Part shown: piece after piece, positions 29,493-38,632 of the stretch
Layout of the letters: each line of letters begins with the position of its first letter
Position numbering within the stretch: the first letter of the stretch is position 1
Assembly (NCBI GenBank): GCA_016704525.1
Contig: JADIZX010000009.1
Coordinates: 170,625 to 234,445, forward strand
Reading direction: 5' to 3'
DNA from: Myxococcales bacterium
GTDB taxonomy: Bacteria; Myxococcota_A; Polyangia; Polyangiales; Polyangiaceae
DNA: 63,821 nt
Program-made: the position numbers and the translations under genes
The notes under the pieces: model-generated
The model's input: the letters and a program-made list of their open reading frames with translations, nothing else
Told to the model about the DNA's origin: nothing
The model's database searches: none

Positions 29493-30668
29493 TTATCGAC
29501 GGGCTGCTACTAGAGCGAGCAGCTCGGCGTAGACGTCGAGGGTGGCGCGGGCGACGTGACTTTGGTCGAAGTCGGCGAGCGCTATCTCGCGACCGCGGGC
29601 GCCCAGCCGAAGCCGCAGCTCCTTGTCCACGATGACCCGCCGGAGCGCGGCGGTCAGCGCGCGCGCGTCGCGAGGCGGCACCAGCAGCGCGTTCTCGTCG
29701 TGCCGCGCCACCTCTCGGCAGCCCGGCACGTCGGTCGACACGATCGCGCGCCCCGACGCCGCGGCCTCGAGCAGCGCCTTCGGGAGCCCCTCTCCGTAGG
29801 AGGGCAGGCACGTCACGTGCGATTCGCGATGCACGCGCTCCATGTCGTCGCGCCACCCGAGGGTCTCGACGAGACCCTCGCGCACCCACGCGGCCACCTC
29901 GTCCGACGTGATGGAGGCAGGGTTGCCAGGGTCGGGCTCGCCGACCAGCCCGAAGCGCGCGGCCAGGCCTTCGGCGCGGAGCGCACGGGCGGCCTCGACG
30001 AACTCCCGAACCCCCTTGTCCCTCAAGAGGCGCGCGGGGAGCACGACGAAACAGGGCCCTTCCGGCTCCGGGGCGGGCGCGAAGCGGGCGGTGTCGACGC
30101 CGGCGCCGCGGATGAGCACGACGCGATCGCGGCGCATGACTCCCCACGCGATCCACTTCTCGAGGTCGTCGGGGTTCTGGAGGATGGTGCGCGTGTTTGG
30201 GGACGTAAGCAGCGCCTTGTACGCGGTCTCGACCATGACGCGGATGGCGCGCGACAGCGGGTCCTTGTTCAGGAAGACATAGCCCATGCCGGGCATGGCG
30301 TTGACGATCGCGGGCACGCGGGCCGCCTTGGCGGCCACGGTGCCGTAGATCATCGGCTTGATCGCCACGTGGTGCACGACGTCGGGGCGCTCGCGCCGGT
30401 AGAGCTCGACGAGCCGGCGGGTGGTGTTGAGGTCGGAGAGGGGGTTTCGGCCCTGACGATCCATCACCACCGGCACGTGGCGGAGGCCGGCTGCCTCGAT
30501 CTGGGTCGTGTACGGCCCCGTGGGCGTGACGACCGTCACGTCGTATCCGGCGGCCTGCGCTGCGAGGCCGAGCGAGAGCCGATGGCACAGGAAGTACCAG
30601 TCGGAGGCGACGAGGAAGAGAAGGCGCGGCCTCCGTCCGTCCCGGAGCGGCGCCGGCATGGCGCTCAC
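29493..30668 (-). CDS. GT4 family glycosyltransferase.
   Basis: ...LPSYGEGLPKALLEAAASGRAIVSTDVPGCREV... is the GT4 EX7E region. Full length is ~390 aa. Confidence 0.85.
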   Translation of the reverse strand: MSAMPAPLRDGRRPRLLFLVASDWYFLCHRLSLGLAAQAAGYDVTVVTPTGPYTTQIEAAGLRHVPVVMDRQGRNPLSDLNTTRRLVELYRRERPDVVHHVAIKPMIYGTVAAKAARVPAIVNAMPGMGYVFLNKDPLSRAIRVMVETAYKALLTSPNTRTILQNPDDLEKWIAWGVMRRDRVVLIRGAGVDTARFAPAPEPEGPCFVVLPARLLRDKGVREFVEAARALRAEGLAARFGLVGEPDPGNPASITSDEVAAWVREGLVETLGWRDDMERVHRESHVTCLPSYGEGLPKALLEAAASGRAIVSTDVPGCREVARHDENALLVPPRDARALTAALRRVIVDKELRLRLGARGREIALADFDQSHVARATLDVYAELLALVAARR

Positions 30669-30841
30669 GCAGGCCTCCGGCGGCGGCGCTCTGCGGGTGC
30701 GCGGGCCGACATGTCCGAGGCGTCGAGCTGCATGCCAGAGCGGATATCAGCGTGCTTACGCAAAAGAAATGTAAATCCGAGCGCTTTCGGGCACGGGTTT
30801 GAGGTGCCCTGCCGCGGGCAGCGGGTAGTGTCGGGCGAGCC

Positions 30842-31747
30842 GTGCCGCGCGCCCCGCGCCCCGCGCCCGCCCCCAACGAACGGGAGACCCTATGCCTTCG
30901 TCGTCGTCGCCCGCGCCGCAGCATCTTCTCCGTCGACGTGGAGGACTGGTTCAACACGATGCGGAACGAGCCCAAGCCCTCGGACTGGGACACGATCCCC
31001 TCGCACGTGGAGAAGAACCTGCGAAGGTTCCTCGACCTGTTCGACGAGACGGGCACGAAGACCACGTGCTTCTTCCTCGGCTACGTCGGCCGGCGCTTCC
31101 CCGACCTCGTGAAGGAGACCGCGGCGCGGGGCCACGAGATCGCGTCGCACGGGTTCTTCCACAGCTGCATTTACGATCTCACCCGCGAGGCCTTCCGTAA
31201 GGACATCGCGGAGTCGAAGAAGGTCCTCGAGGACGCGGCGGGCAAGGCGGTCAAGGGCTACCGGGCGCCAGGCTTCTCCGTCGACCAGCGCTCGCCGTGG
31301 TTCTTCGAGGAGCTCGCCGCCGCCGGCTACGAGTACGACAGCTCGGTGTTCCCCGCGCCGCACCGCACGGGCGGCATGCGCACGAGCAAGCTCTTCCCCC
31401 ACGTGATGGACCTCGGGGGTGGCGCGAAGCTCACCGAGTTTCCCATCACGGCGGTCGACGTGCTCGGCAAGCCGATGTGCTTCTTCGGCGGCGGGTACCT
31501 GCGCCTGTTTCCGTACGAAGTGATCCGGCACATGAGCCGCCGCGTCCTCGACGAGGAGCGACCGGTTGTATATTACATTCACCCGCGCGAGATCGATCCG
31601 CACCACCCGCGCTCGCCGATGAAGCCCCTCGCGAAGTTCAGCGCCTACGTGAACCTCGCGTCCACCGAGCCGAAGGTGCGACAGCTCTTGCGCGACTTTC
31701 CGTCGACGAGCTTCGAGGGCTATCTGCGCGACCACCCGGTGTCGTAG
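30842..31747 (+). CDS. Polysaccharide deacetylase family protein (DUF3473-type).
   Basis: ...SIFSVDVEDWFN...TTCFFLGYVGRRFP...GHEIASHGFFH... A GTG start was inferred. An Arg-rich ~27-aa N-terminal extension makes the start uncertain. Confidence 0.75.
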   Translation: MPRAPRPAPAPNERETLCLRRRRPRRSIFSVDVEDWFNTMRNEPKPSDWDTIPSHVEKNLRRFLDLFDETGTKTTCFFLGYVGRRFPDLVKETAARGHEIASHGFFHSCIYDLTREAFRKDIAESKKVLEDAAGKAVKGYRAPGFSVDQRSPWFFEELAAAGYEYDSSVFPAPHRTGGMRTSKLFPHVMDLGGGAKLTEFPITAVDVLGKPMCFFGGGYLRLFPYEVIRHMSRRVLDEERPVVYYIHPREIDPHHPRSPMKPLAKFSAYVNLASTEPKVRQLLRDFPSTSFEGYLRDHPVS

Positions 31748-31809
31748 CTCGTAGCCCTCCACCCAAGGGCGCCGCGCCTCGCCCGACGCTCCGTCATTCG
31801 ACAGGGGTG

Positions 31810-32394
31810 CTAGAACGCGAAGCCGAGGGTGGCGTCGAGGTGGAGGCCCGCCGTGTAGAAGCTCGGCGGCGCCGCGCTGCCCTCGAGCTTGGCGAAGTGG
31901 AGCTGCCCGCCGAGCCCGAGCGAGAGGTGGACGATGTTGCCGAGCAGCAGCGCATACCCGATCGACGCGCCGAGGGCGCCGGTCCCGCCGGACTTCTCCA
32001 CGCCGTTCTGGGTTCCGTGCACCGACCCGCCCTGAATGAACGGCGAGATCCAGAGGCCGCGCGGGGCCTCTTCCGTCGCGTAGAAGTAGGGGCGCGCGCG
32101 GATCATCCACCCGCGAATATCGCCGACCTTCTCGGTCACGGTCCACGGATCGTAGAGCCCGCCCGAGACCGCGACGGCCACGTGAGGCGCCACTGTGCGT
32201 TGGAAGCCGAGACCGATGACGTGCAGGCCGAGGTCGGCGAACACGACGTTCTTCTTCGACGGGAGCGCGGGCTTGGCGTCCTCCGGCTCGTGCTCGGCTG
32301 CCTTCTTCTCCTCCTCGGCCGCGGCTGGGGCGGCGAGGCCCAAGAGGGGCAGGAGCACGGCGCCGAGGGCGAAGAGAGGAGCGCGCTTTCGCAT
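31810..32394 (-). CDS. Small outer-membrane beta-barrel-like protein.
   Basis: Start MRKRAPLFALGAVLLPLLGLAAPAAA (signal peptide) with a GGAGAA RBS. The C-terminus ...ATLGFAF is an aromatic OMP signature. Confidence 0.65.
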   Translation of the reverse strand: MRKRAPLFALGAVLLPLLGLAAPAAAEEEKKAAEHEPEDAKPALPSKKNVVFADLGLHVIGLGFQRTVAPHVAVAVSGGLYDPWTVTEKVGDIRGWMIRARPYFYATEEAPRGLWISPFIQGGSVHGTQNGVEKSGGTGALGASIGYALLLGNIVHLSLGLGGQLHFAKLEGSAAPPSFYTAGLHLDATLGFAF

Positions 32395-32501
32395 TTCTCC
32401 GTCGTCGCACACTTGTTTCCGAAATACGTGCAATTTCGCCCTCGCGCGGCGGTTCGTGGCGCGGGGGCGCCGCGAGACCGGCGAGCGCGTATGCTCGCGG
32501 C

Positions 32502-33749
32502 GTGACCACCGAGATCGTGTACCTGACCGACGTCGAGGGGCGCTGGGACAAGCTCGCGGACGCGCTGAGCGGTCACGTGGGGGTCAGCCTGCGCGGGGAC
32601 CACATCGAGGTCGCCGAGGACGCGACCCTCGTCTTTGGGGGCGACGCGACCGATCGCGGGAGCGCGGGGCGGCGCGTGATGCGGGCGCTGCTGGACGCCA
32701 AGATGCGTCACCCAAGCCGCGTGGCGCTCCTCGCGGGGAATCGCGATCTGAACAAGCTGCGCCTGCGAGTCGAGCTCTGCGGCAGGCCGCCCGAGCGCGC
32801 GCCTACGGAGGTGCGCCAGGGGCCGCGGGCCGAGCTCCTCCGGTGGCTCTTCACGAACACGATGGGCGCGCGCGAAGCGTTCGACAACCGGGCGATCGAG
32901 CTCGACGTCACCGGCGCCGGCGCCGACGACGCGGTCGTGGGCTCGTTCCTCGACGACGTGGGTCGCGACGGTCTGACGACCCGTTACCTCGCGCAATGCC
33001 AGCTCGGCGTTCGGTTCGACGAGACCCTGTTCGTGCACGGCGGCGTCACCTCCGAGAGCCTGGGTCACGTCCCCGGTCTTCGTTCGAGCGCGAGCTCGCG
33101 CGCACGCGAGAGCGTCGACGAATGGCTCGAGGCCCTGAACCGCTGGTACGCCGAGCAGCTCGACGCCTACGCGGGCGCGCGCGACCTCGAGAGCGGCGCC
33201 TACGAGCCTATCGTCGCGTACCAGGCGCCCGTTCCCGGCACGCGACGGCACCAAGCGAGCGTCGTGTATGGCCGCCTCGCCGACGCGCACAACAACCCCG
33301 AGCTGCCGCCGGCGGACGTGCGCGCGGCGCTGCGGCGGAGCGGCGTCTCTCGGCTCGTGGTGGGGCACACGCCGACCGGCGACGTGCCCGTGGTGCTGCG
33401 CGCGGAGGCCGAGCGCTTCGAGCTCGTGTGCGCCGACAACTCGTACGGGCGCCTGGAGCGCGGGCCCCGCGTGGTGGTGCGCGGCGACGAGCTCACTATG
33501 GAGGGGAGCGCGCGGCTCGACGGCGGCGACGAGGCGCGCGCCCTGACGAGGCTCTCGCTCGCGGAGCGCAGTGGGCCGATCGGGCTACGCGATCGCAGCA
33601 CGGGACACCTCGTGGGCGGGCGCCTCGCGGGCGACCAGGTGTACCTCTACCGCTCGGCCGGGGGCTTCGTGGTCGAACAGCTCGCGCAGGCGACCTCGGA
33701 GGCGGCGGGGCGACCGCTGGCGGAGCCGGCCGAGCGCACGCCGGGCTAG
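32502..33749 (+). CDS. Metallophosphoesterase (calcineurin-like).
   Basis: Motifs GDATDRG, GNRD, GHTP. GTG start. Confidence 0.8.
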   Translation: MTTEIVYLTDVEGRWDKLADALSGHVGVSLRGDHIEVAEDATLVFGGDATDRGSAGRRVMRALLDAKMRHPSRVALLAGNRDLNKLRLRVELCGRPPERAPTEVRQGPRAELLRWLFTNTMGAREAFDNRAIELDVTGAGADDAVVGSFLDDVGRDGLTTRYLAQCQLGVRFDETLFVHGGVTSESLGHVPGLRSSASSRARESVDEWLEALNRWYAEQLDAYAGARDLESGAYEPIVAYQAPVPGTRRHQASVVYGRLADAHNNPELPPADVRAALRRSGVSRLVVGHTPTGDVPVVLRAEAERFELVCADNSYGRLERGPRVVVRGDELTMEGSARLDGGDEARALTRLSLAERSGPIGLRDRSTGHLVGGRLAGDQVYLYRSAGGFVVEQLAQATSEAAGRPLAEPAERTPG

Positions 33750-33942
33750 CAGCCCGTTGATTGACTCCCGTCGGCCCGTCGCCGCCGCATCCCGACCGCG
33801 GTCGTTGCGATCCTGCGGTGCGTGCTCACCTAGAAACGCCCACCTGGAACACGCTCCGCGCGCTCCTCGGATCGCGCCTTGGCGGGCCGGGCGCGGACGA
33901 CGCCGGGCCTCGGTCCGTAAATCCACAGGCTGCTAGCTAGAC
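33747..33942. repeat. Intergenic element with imperfect terminal inverted repeats, TAGCAGCCCGTTGAT ... ATCCACAGGCTGCTAGCTAG.
   Basis: Read directly. It starts on the TAG stop of the phosphoesterase gene. The same TAGCAGCCCGTTGAT 15-mer also follows the stop of the protease gene at 43265. Confidence 0.5.
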
Positions 33943-33957
33943 CTCCCCGCGTGACGA

Positions 33958-34353
33958 GCGGCTAGTCCCCTGGAAGCGTGATCCCTTCCAGAAGTCGCGC
34001 GGCTCGGCCTTTCGCCACAAGGGAGCGAGGGGGTGTCCCGTTTTCGGCGGCGGTGGGAGGATACTCATGTTCGAGGGTCGGCGTTCTCGCGCGGTCACAC
34101 CCGAAACCACTGTCCCCTGAGCGCAAAGCGCCGCCTCCACCGCGCGGAACGACGTCCGAGTTGAGGACGGGCCCGCCGCCGCCGAAAACGGGGCACCCCC
34201 TCGCTCCTCGGAGTGACACCGAAGACCCGACTTCTGATACGAACCACGACTCCAGGGGACTAGTCTCCTGGAAGCGTGATCCCTTCCAGAAGTCGCGCGG
34301 CTCGGCCTTTCGCCACAAGGGAGCGAGGGGGTGTCCCGTTTTCGGCGGCGTGA
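33958..34353. repeat. MITE-like palindromic element, copy 1: a ~93-bp unit, a ~120-bp core, the inverted unit, then an extra direct unit.
   Basis: The unit GACTAGTCCCCTGGA...GAGCGAGGGGGTGYCCCGTTTTCGGCGGCGG occurs at 33961-34053, inverted at 34171-34265, and again at 34258-34350. The track ORFs here (33962..34318 -, 33978..34622 +) translate identically to ORFs at 52.3 kb. Confidence 0.75.
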
Positions 34354-34531
34354 AAGCCCGGGGCAGGGAAAGCTCCGGGTGGCGTTGCGCGAAGCCCGCC
34401 GCAGCGGCGGGCTGTTTCGACTCTCGTCGCGACCTTGACGGCGAGCCCGCCCCGCGGGCTTTGAGCGGGTTGATCCCCGGATTTCCCTGCGGGCTTTCAG
34501 CCCGGTGGCGGCTAACCGGGATGGGCCCCCC

Positions 34532-34777
34532 TCAGTTCGGCTGGCCCTCGGGGTCGTCCGCCGTTCGTCCGGTGGTGCACCGGGCCACGCACTGCTGCTG
34601 CTGCTCGCCGCAGTCGTTGTAGTTCGTGCCCGACGGCGCCTTCCGCACACAGTCGTTGTACTGCTTGTCGCAGGCCGCGGTGCACACCGAGTTGCACCCG
34701 CCCGCGAGCGTGGCCGCGAGCGCGAGCGCGAGCGCGAAGGCAAGAGGGAGGCGGGGGCGCGGACGCCTTGGGGACAC
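34532..34777 (-). CDS. Possible small Cys-rich lipoprotein (~80 aa).
   Basis: High GC3. Signal MSPRRPRPRLPLAFALALALAATLAGGC (lipobox) with a putative GTG start at 34777. The track ORF extends further upstream but would collide with the divergent oxidoreductase start. Confidence 0.35.
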   Translation of the reverse strand: MSPRRPRPRLPLAFALALALAATLAGGCNSVCTAACDKQYNDCVRKAPSGTNYNDCGEQQQQCVARCTTGRTADDPEGQPN

Positions 34778-34823
34778 GGGCACGGGATCGCTCACCCCCA
34801 AACCATGCGCTACGGTGGCGATC

Positions 34824-36836
34824 ATGGCAACCTCGGCGCCGCGCGGCGCGCGCGACCCCGGACTCGGCGCAGTCGAGCACCACAAGACCCTCTGCAACCG
34901 CGACTGTCCCGACGTGTGCGGCATCGTCGCGACTGTGGAGGGCGGTCGCGTGACGCGCCTCCGGGGCGATCCCGAGCACCCCATCACGCGCGGCTTCTTG
35001 TGCCACCGCACGAGCCATTTCTTGGAGACGCAGTACGACCCCGCGCGGCTCACCACGCCGCTGTGGCGCGCGCGGCTCGACGACGAATTTCAGCCCATTT
35101 CGTGGGACGAGGCGCTCACCCGCGCCGCCGAGTCGCTCCTTCGGATACGCGCCGAATCCGGCCCCGCGGCCATTTTTCATTACCGAAGCGGCGGCTCCCT
35201 GGGGCTCTTGAAGCACCTCTCGGACTACTTCTTCGAGCGCTTCGGCCCGGTGACGCAGAAGCGCGGCGACATCTGCTCGGGCGCGGGCGACGCGGCGCAG
35301 CTGCTCGATTTCGGCGAGGAGGACAGCCGCGATCTGTCCGAGCTGAAAGATGCAAAGCACATCCTTCTGTGGGGGAAGAACGTCTTCGTCTCGAGCCCAC
35401 ACCTCATCCCGCTCTTGAACGAGGCGCGGCGGCGCGGGACGACCCTCGCGCTCATCGACCCCGTCCACCACAAGACCGCGTCGATCTGCGACCTGGTCGC
35501 CCAGCCCCGCCCTGGCGGTGATTTCGCGCTCGCCATGGCGGTCGGGCGGCGGCTCTTCGAGCTCGGCCTCACCGACCCCGAGGCCGCCACCTACTGCGAC
35601 CACCTGGCGGAGCTGCGCGCCCTCTGCTTCTCCCGGAGCCTGGAGGCCTGGCGGGAAGAGGCCGACGCGCCGCTCGAGGCCATCGACGCGCTCGCGCGGC
35701 GCCTCGGCGACGGCCCCACCACGGTGTTCATCGGCTGGGGCATGGGGCGGAGGCAAAACGGCGGGGCCATCGTGCGCGCGCTCGACGCGCTCGTGGCCAT
35801 CACCGGGAACCTCGGCGTGCCCGGGGGCGGCGCGTCGTTCTACTTCAAGCGGCGCGGGGCGTTCGACCTGTCGTTCATCGGGCGGGCGGCGCCGCCGCGC
35901 ACGGTCTGCGAGCCGCGCTTCGGCGCCGAGGTGCTGGGCATGAGCGACCCGCCCATTCGCGCGGTGTGGATCACCACGGGCAACCCGGTGGCCATGCTCC
36001 CGGAGTCGCGCACGATCGAGCGGGCGCTCCGCACGCGCGAGCTCGTCGTGGTGGTCGACGCGTTCCTCACCGACACGGCCCGCTGCGCGCACCTCGTGCT
36101 GCCCACCACCACCCTGCTCGAGGCCGACGATCTCCTGGGCTCCTACGGGCACGCCTTCATCGGCGCCGCCGTGCCGGTGGTGCCGCCCCCGGAGGGCGTG
36201 AAGAGCGATCTCGGGATCGTGCAGGCCCTCGCCGAGCGCGTGGGCCTCGCGAGCGATCTCGCCGGCGACGCGCGCGCGTGGAAGGAGCGCATGCTCGCGA
36301 AGGTCGCCCCCTACGGGGTCACGCCGGAGCGCCTCGCCCAGGGCGCGGTGCCGAACCCGCTCGCGCCGAAGGCTCTTTTCGAGGGGCGGGTGTTCCCGAC
36401 GCCGAGCGGAAAGGTCAACCTTATTTACGAGATGCCGACGCGAGGCGCGCCCCGCGTGACGGAAGAGCACCCGCTCTTGCTCACCGCGCTGTCCACCGAG
36501 CGCTCGCAGTCCTCGCAGTGGGCACGCGGACGCTCGACCCCGCGCGAGGGCGCGAGCGCAGAGGAGCGCCTCGCGGTCGCCACGGTGCACCCCGACGCCG
36601 CGGCGAAGGCCGGGCTGTGCGACGGCGAGGAGGCCGTGGTCGAGGGGGGCCTCGGCTCACTCCGCGTGCACGTGCGCTGCGACGCGAGGCAGCGCCGCGA
36701 CGTGCTGCTGCTTCCGAAGGGCGGCCACCTGAGGGACGGGCGCTGCGCGAACGCGCTCATCCCCGCCCGGACGACCGATCTGGGCGAGGGCGGCGCGCTG
36801 CACGACGAGCCGGTGCGGCTCCGGCGGCCGTCGTGA
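34824..36836 (+). CDS. Molybdopterin oxidoreductase family protein (BisC/NasA/FdhA-like catalytic subunit).
   Basis: N-terminal 4Fe-4S motif CNRDCPDVCG...C. Full-length ~670-aa MopB-superfamily organisation. Start at ATG 34824. The upstream track codons are Ala/Arg junk. Confidence 0.85.
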   Translation: MATSAPRGARDPGLGAVEHHKTLCNRDCPDVCGIVATVEGGRVTRLRGDPEHPITRGFLCHRTSHFLETQYDPARLTTPLWRARLDDEFQPISWDEALTRAAESLLRIRAESGPAAIFHYRSGGSLGLLKHLSDYFFERFGPVTQKRGDICSGAGDAAQLLDFGEEDSRDLSELKDAKHILLWGKNVFVSSPHLIPLLNEARRRGTTLALIDPVHHKTASICDLVAQPRPGGDFALAMAVGRRLFELGLTDPEAATYCDHLAELRALCFSRSLEAWREEADAPLEAIDALARRLGDGPTTVFIGWGMGRRQNGGAIVRALDALVAITGNLGVPGGGASFYFKRRGAFDLSFIGRAAPPRTVCEPRFGAEVLGMSDPPIRAVWITTGNPVAMLPESRTIERALRTRELVVVVDAFLTDTARCAHLVLPTTTLLEADDLLGSYGHAFIGAAVPVVPPPEGVKSDLGIVQALAERVGLASDLAGDARAWKERMLAKVAPYGVTPERLAQGAVPNPLAPKALFEGRVFPTPSGKVNLIYEMPTRGAPRVTEEHPLLLTALSTERSQSSQWARGRSTPREGASAEERLAVATVHPDAAAKAGLCDGEEAVVEGGLGSLRVHVRCDARQRRDVLLLPKGGHLRDGRCANALIPARTTDLGEGGALHDEPVRLRRPS

Positions 36837-36880
36837 GCTGCACCTGATCGGCAGTCGTCGCGGCGGTCAGACCGCGGCGC

Positions 36881-38632
36881 TCAGGCCGCGCGCTTTCCCA
36901 GACGCCGCATCGCGACGGCGGAGCCGACGAGCCCGAGCGCCGTGAGCACGAAGCCGAGCGTGAGCCCGTGGGGCCAGTAGCGCAGCGTGACGTGGTGCCG
37001 ACCGGCCGGGAGGTCGAGAACGAGGAGCTTGCCCTCGTCGGCGAGCGTCCCCACGTCGGTGCGCCAGCCGCGATCGTAGGTGCCGTTCACGAGCACGCGC
37101 GAGGGCTGGTCGGCCACCACGTCGAGGGTGAAGGTGTTCTGCGTGCGGCGGACGGTCTCCACCCGCGCCGCCGCGCCGGGCGCGGGCCTCGCCTGAGGCA
37201 CGTCACCGTCCCACATCGGGGCGCCGGCGCCGAAGCCCCACTCGTCCCAGCAGGCGAGGCGCATGCGGTTCTGCCGGGGCTGATCGATCATGCCGGCGAG
37301 GTTCGGGCCGTGAACGTAGAGCCGCGCCGAGGGCGCCACGCGCTGCTCGGGCGCGTTGCCGAAGCACACCTGAAACCAGTCGATCCCGACGGCGATCATG
37401 TCGCCCGCGCCGACGAGCGCGAGGCCGAGGGCGACCGTGCGCACCGCGCGCGTGGGGTGCCCGGGGAGGAGCGCCGCGAGCTTCGGGAGCCTGTCGACCG
37501 CGAGCCCGGCGAACAGGGCGAGGAAGAGCGACACCTCGCAGCGAAACCTGGAAGGCACACGCATTTCCTTGAACGGGAACACGTGGCCCTTGAGCACGGC
37601 CCACGGCGCGAGCGGCGAGAAGTGCCCCATCATCAGCACGAAGGCCACGCCGAAGAGGAGCACGAGCCACGGCGCCTCGAACGCGGCGAAGAGCAGGCCC
37701 ACGCACGCCAGCGCGAACAGGAACGGCCCCAGGTACGTGCCGTACTCGGGCCACACGTAGCTCTGCCCCGGCACGCCGCGCGCGTGGGTGCGCGAGAGGA
37801 ACATGTCGCGGAGGGTCTCCCACTGGATGTGGTCGTTCTCGACGCCGATGGGGCGCACGTGGCTCCGGAGCTGGTCCATCACGGGCAGAAAGCGCGACGC
37901 GCCCACGGTGAAGCCCACGACGAGCACGACCGCGGCGGCCCGCGCGATGGGCACGAGAGAGCGCTTGTTCAGCCGGGTGAGGGTCTCGACGAAGAGCAGC
38001 ACGAGCAGGTGCGGCAGCGGGTAGACGGCGCCCTCGTACATCATCCACGCCACCAGCCAGCCGAGGGCCACGGCGTGGCGGAGATCGCGCTCGGCGCGCC
38101 GCCACAAGAGGAACGCGAGCGGGAAATACAGGAAGGGGACGAACGTGAAATGCCCACCCGAGTAGTGCTGCTGGTGAAAGCCCGAGAACGCCCAGCCCAC
38201 GCTCGCCACCAGGGTGCCGGCGCGCGAAAGCTTCACCTCGTCGCGGGCGAAGAACCACATCGACGCGAAGCCCATCGCCGAGTGGAGCAGGTACCAGAGC
38301 ACCATGGCGGCGGTGGTGCCGATGAGGAACATGGGCCACACGAGCGGCGCGCCCACGGGCGCCTGGGGGTTGTCCCACAGGGGCAGCCCGCCGCACTCGT
38401 AGGGATTCCAGAGAGGCAGCTCGTGATACCGCACGAGGCTGACGCGCGCGGCCTCGAGGGTCTTGTGGTACGGCGGGCCGTCGCCGCCTTGGGTGTTCGG
38501 GTACGCGGCCAACATGGGCCACCACGCGAAGACCGCGAGCACGAGGCCCACCAGGGTGACTCCGACGGCGCGGCGGAGCGGCGCGCGGCCGAACGCGGGC
38601 GAGGGCGACGGCGAGGGCTCGGCGATCTTCAC
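36881..38632 (-). CDS. Polytopic integral membrane protein with a C-terminal periplasmic domain (YfhO/GT-C-like, putative glycosyltransferase).
   Basis: GTG start with a GGAGACC RBS. It overlaps the upstream gene's stop (GTGA). There are ≥10 predicted TM helices and a ~200-aa C-terminal soluble domain. Function is not recognisable from sequence. Confidence 0.6.
   Translation of the reverse strand: MKIAEPSPSPSPAFGRAPLRRAVGVTLVGLVLAVFAWWPMLAAYPNTQGGDGPPYHKTLEAARVSLVRYHELPLWNPYECGGLPLWDNPQAPVGAPLVWPMFLIGTTAAMVLWYLLHSAMGFASMWFFARDEVKLSRAGTLVASVGWAFSGFHQQHYSGGHFTFVPFLYFPLAFLLWRRAERDLRHAVALGWLVAWMMYEGAVYPLPHLLVLLFVETLTRLNKRSLVPIARAAAVVLVVGFTVGASRFLPVMDQLRSHVRPIGVENDHIQWETLRDMFLSRTHARGVPGQSYVWPEYGTYLGPFLFALACVGLLFAAFEAPWLVLLFGVAFVLMMGHFSPLAPWAVLKGHVFPFKEMRVPSRFRCEVSLFLALFAGLAVDRLPKLAALLPGHPTRAVRTVALGLALVGAGDMIAVGIDWFQVCFGNAPEQRVAPSARLYVHGPNLAGMIDQPRQNRMRLACWDEWGFGAGAPMWDGDVPQARPAPGAAARVETVRRTQNTFTLDVVADQPSRVLVNGTYDRGWRTDVGTLADEGKLLVLDLPAGRHHVTLRYWPHGLTLGFVLTALGLVGSAVAMRRLGKRAA

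Noticed and set aside
29499-29525. The GCTGCTACTAGAGCGAGCAGC palindrome as another stop-anchored element.
   Set aside because: It lies inside the 3' end of the GT4 gene's coding sequence (…ELLALVAARR*), so it is coding sequence rather than an intergenic element.
33958-34353. The possibility that the repeated ~90-bp units form a CRISPR array.
   Set aside because: There are only 2-3 units. They occur in both orientations. The 'spacers' are identical between loci. No cas genes are present.
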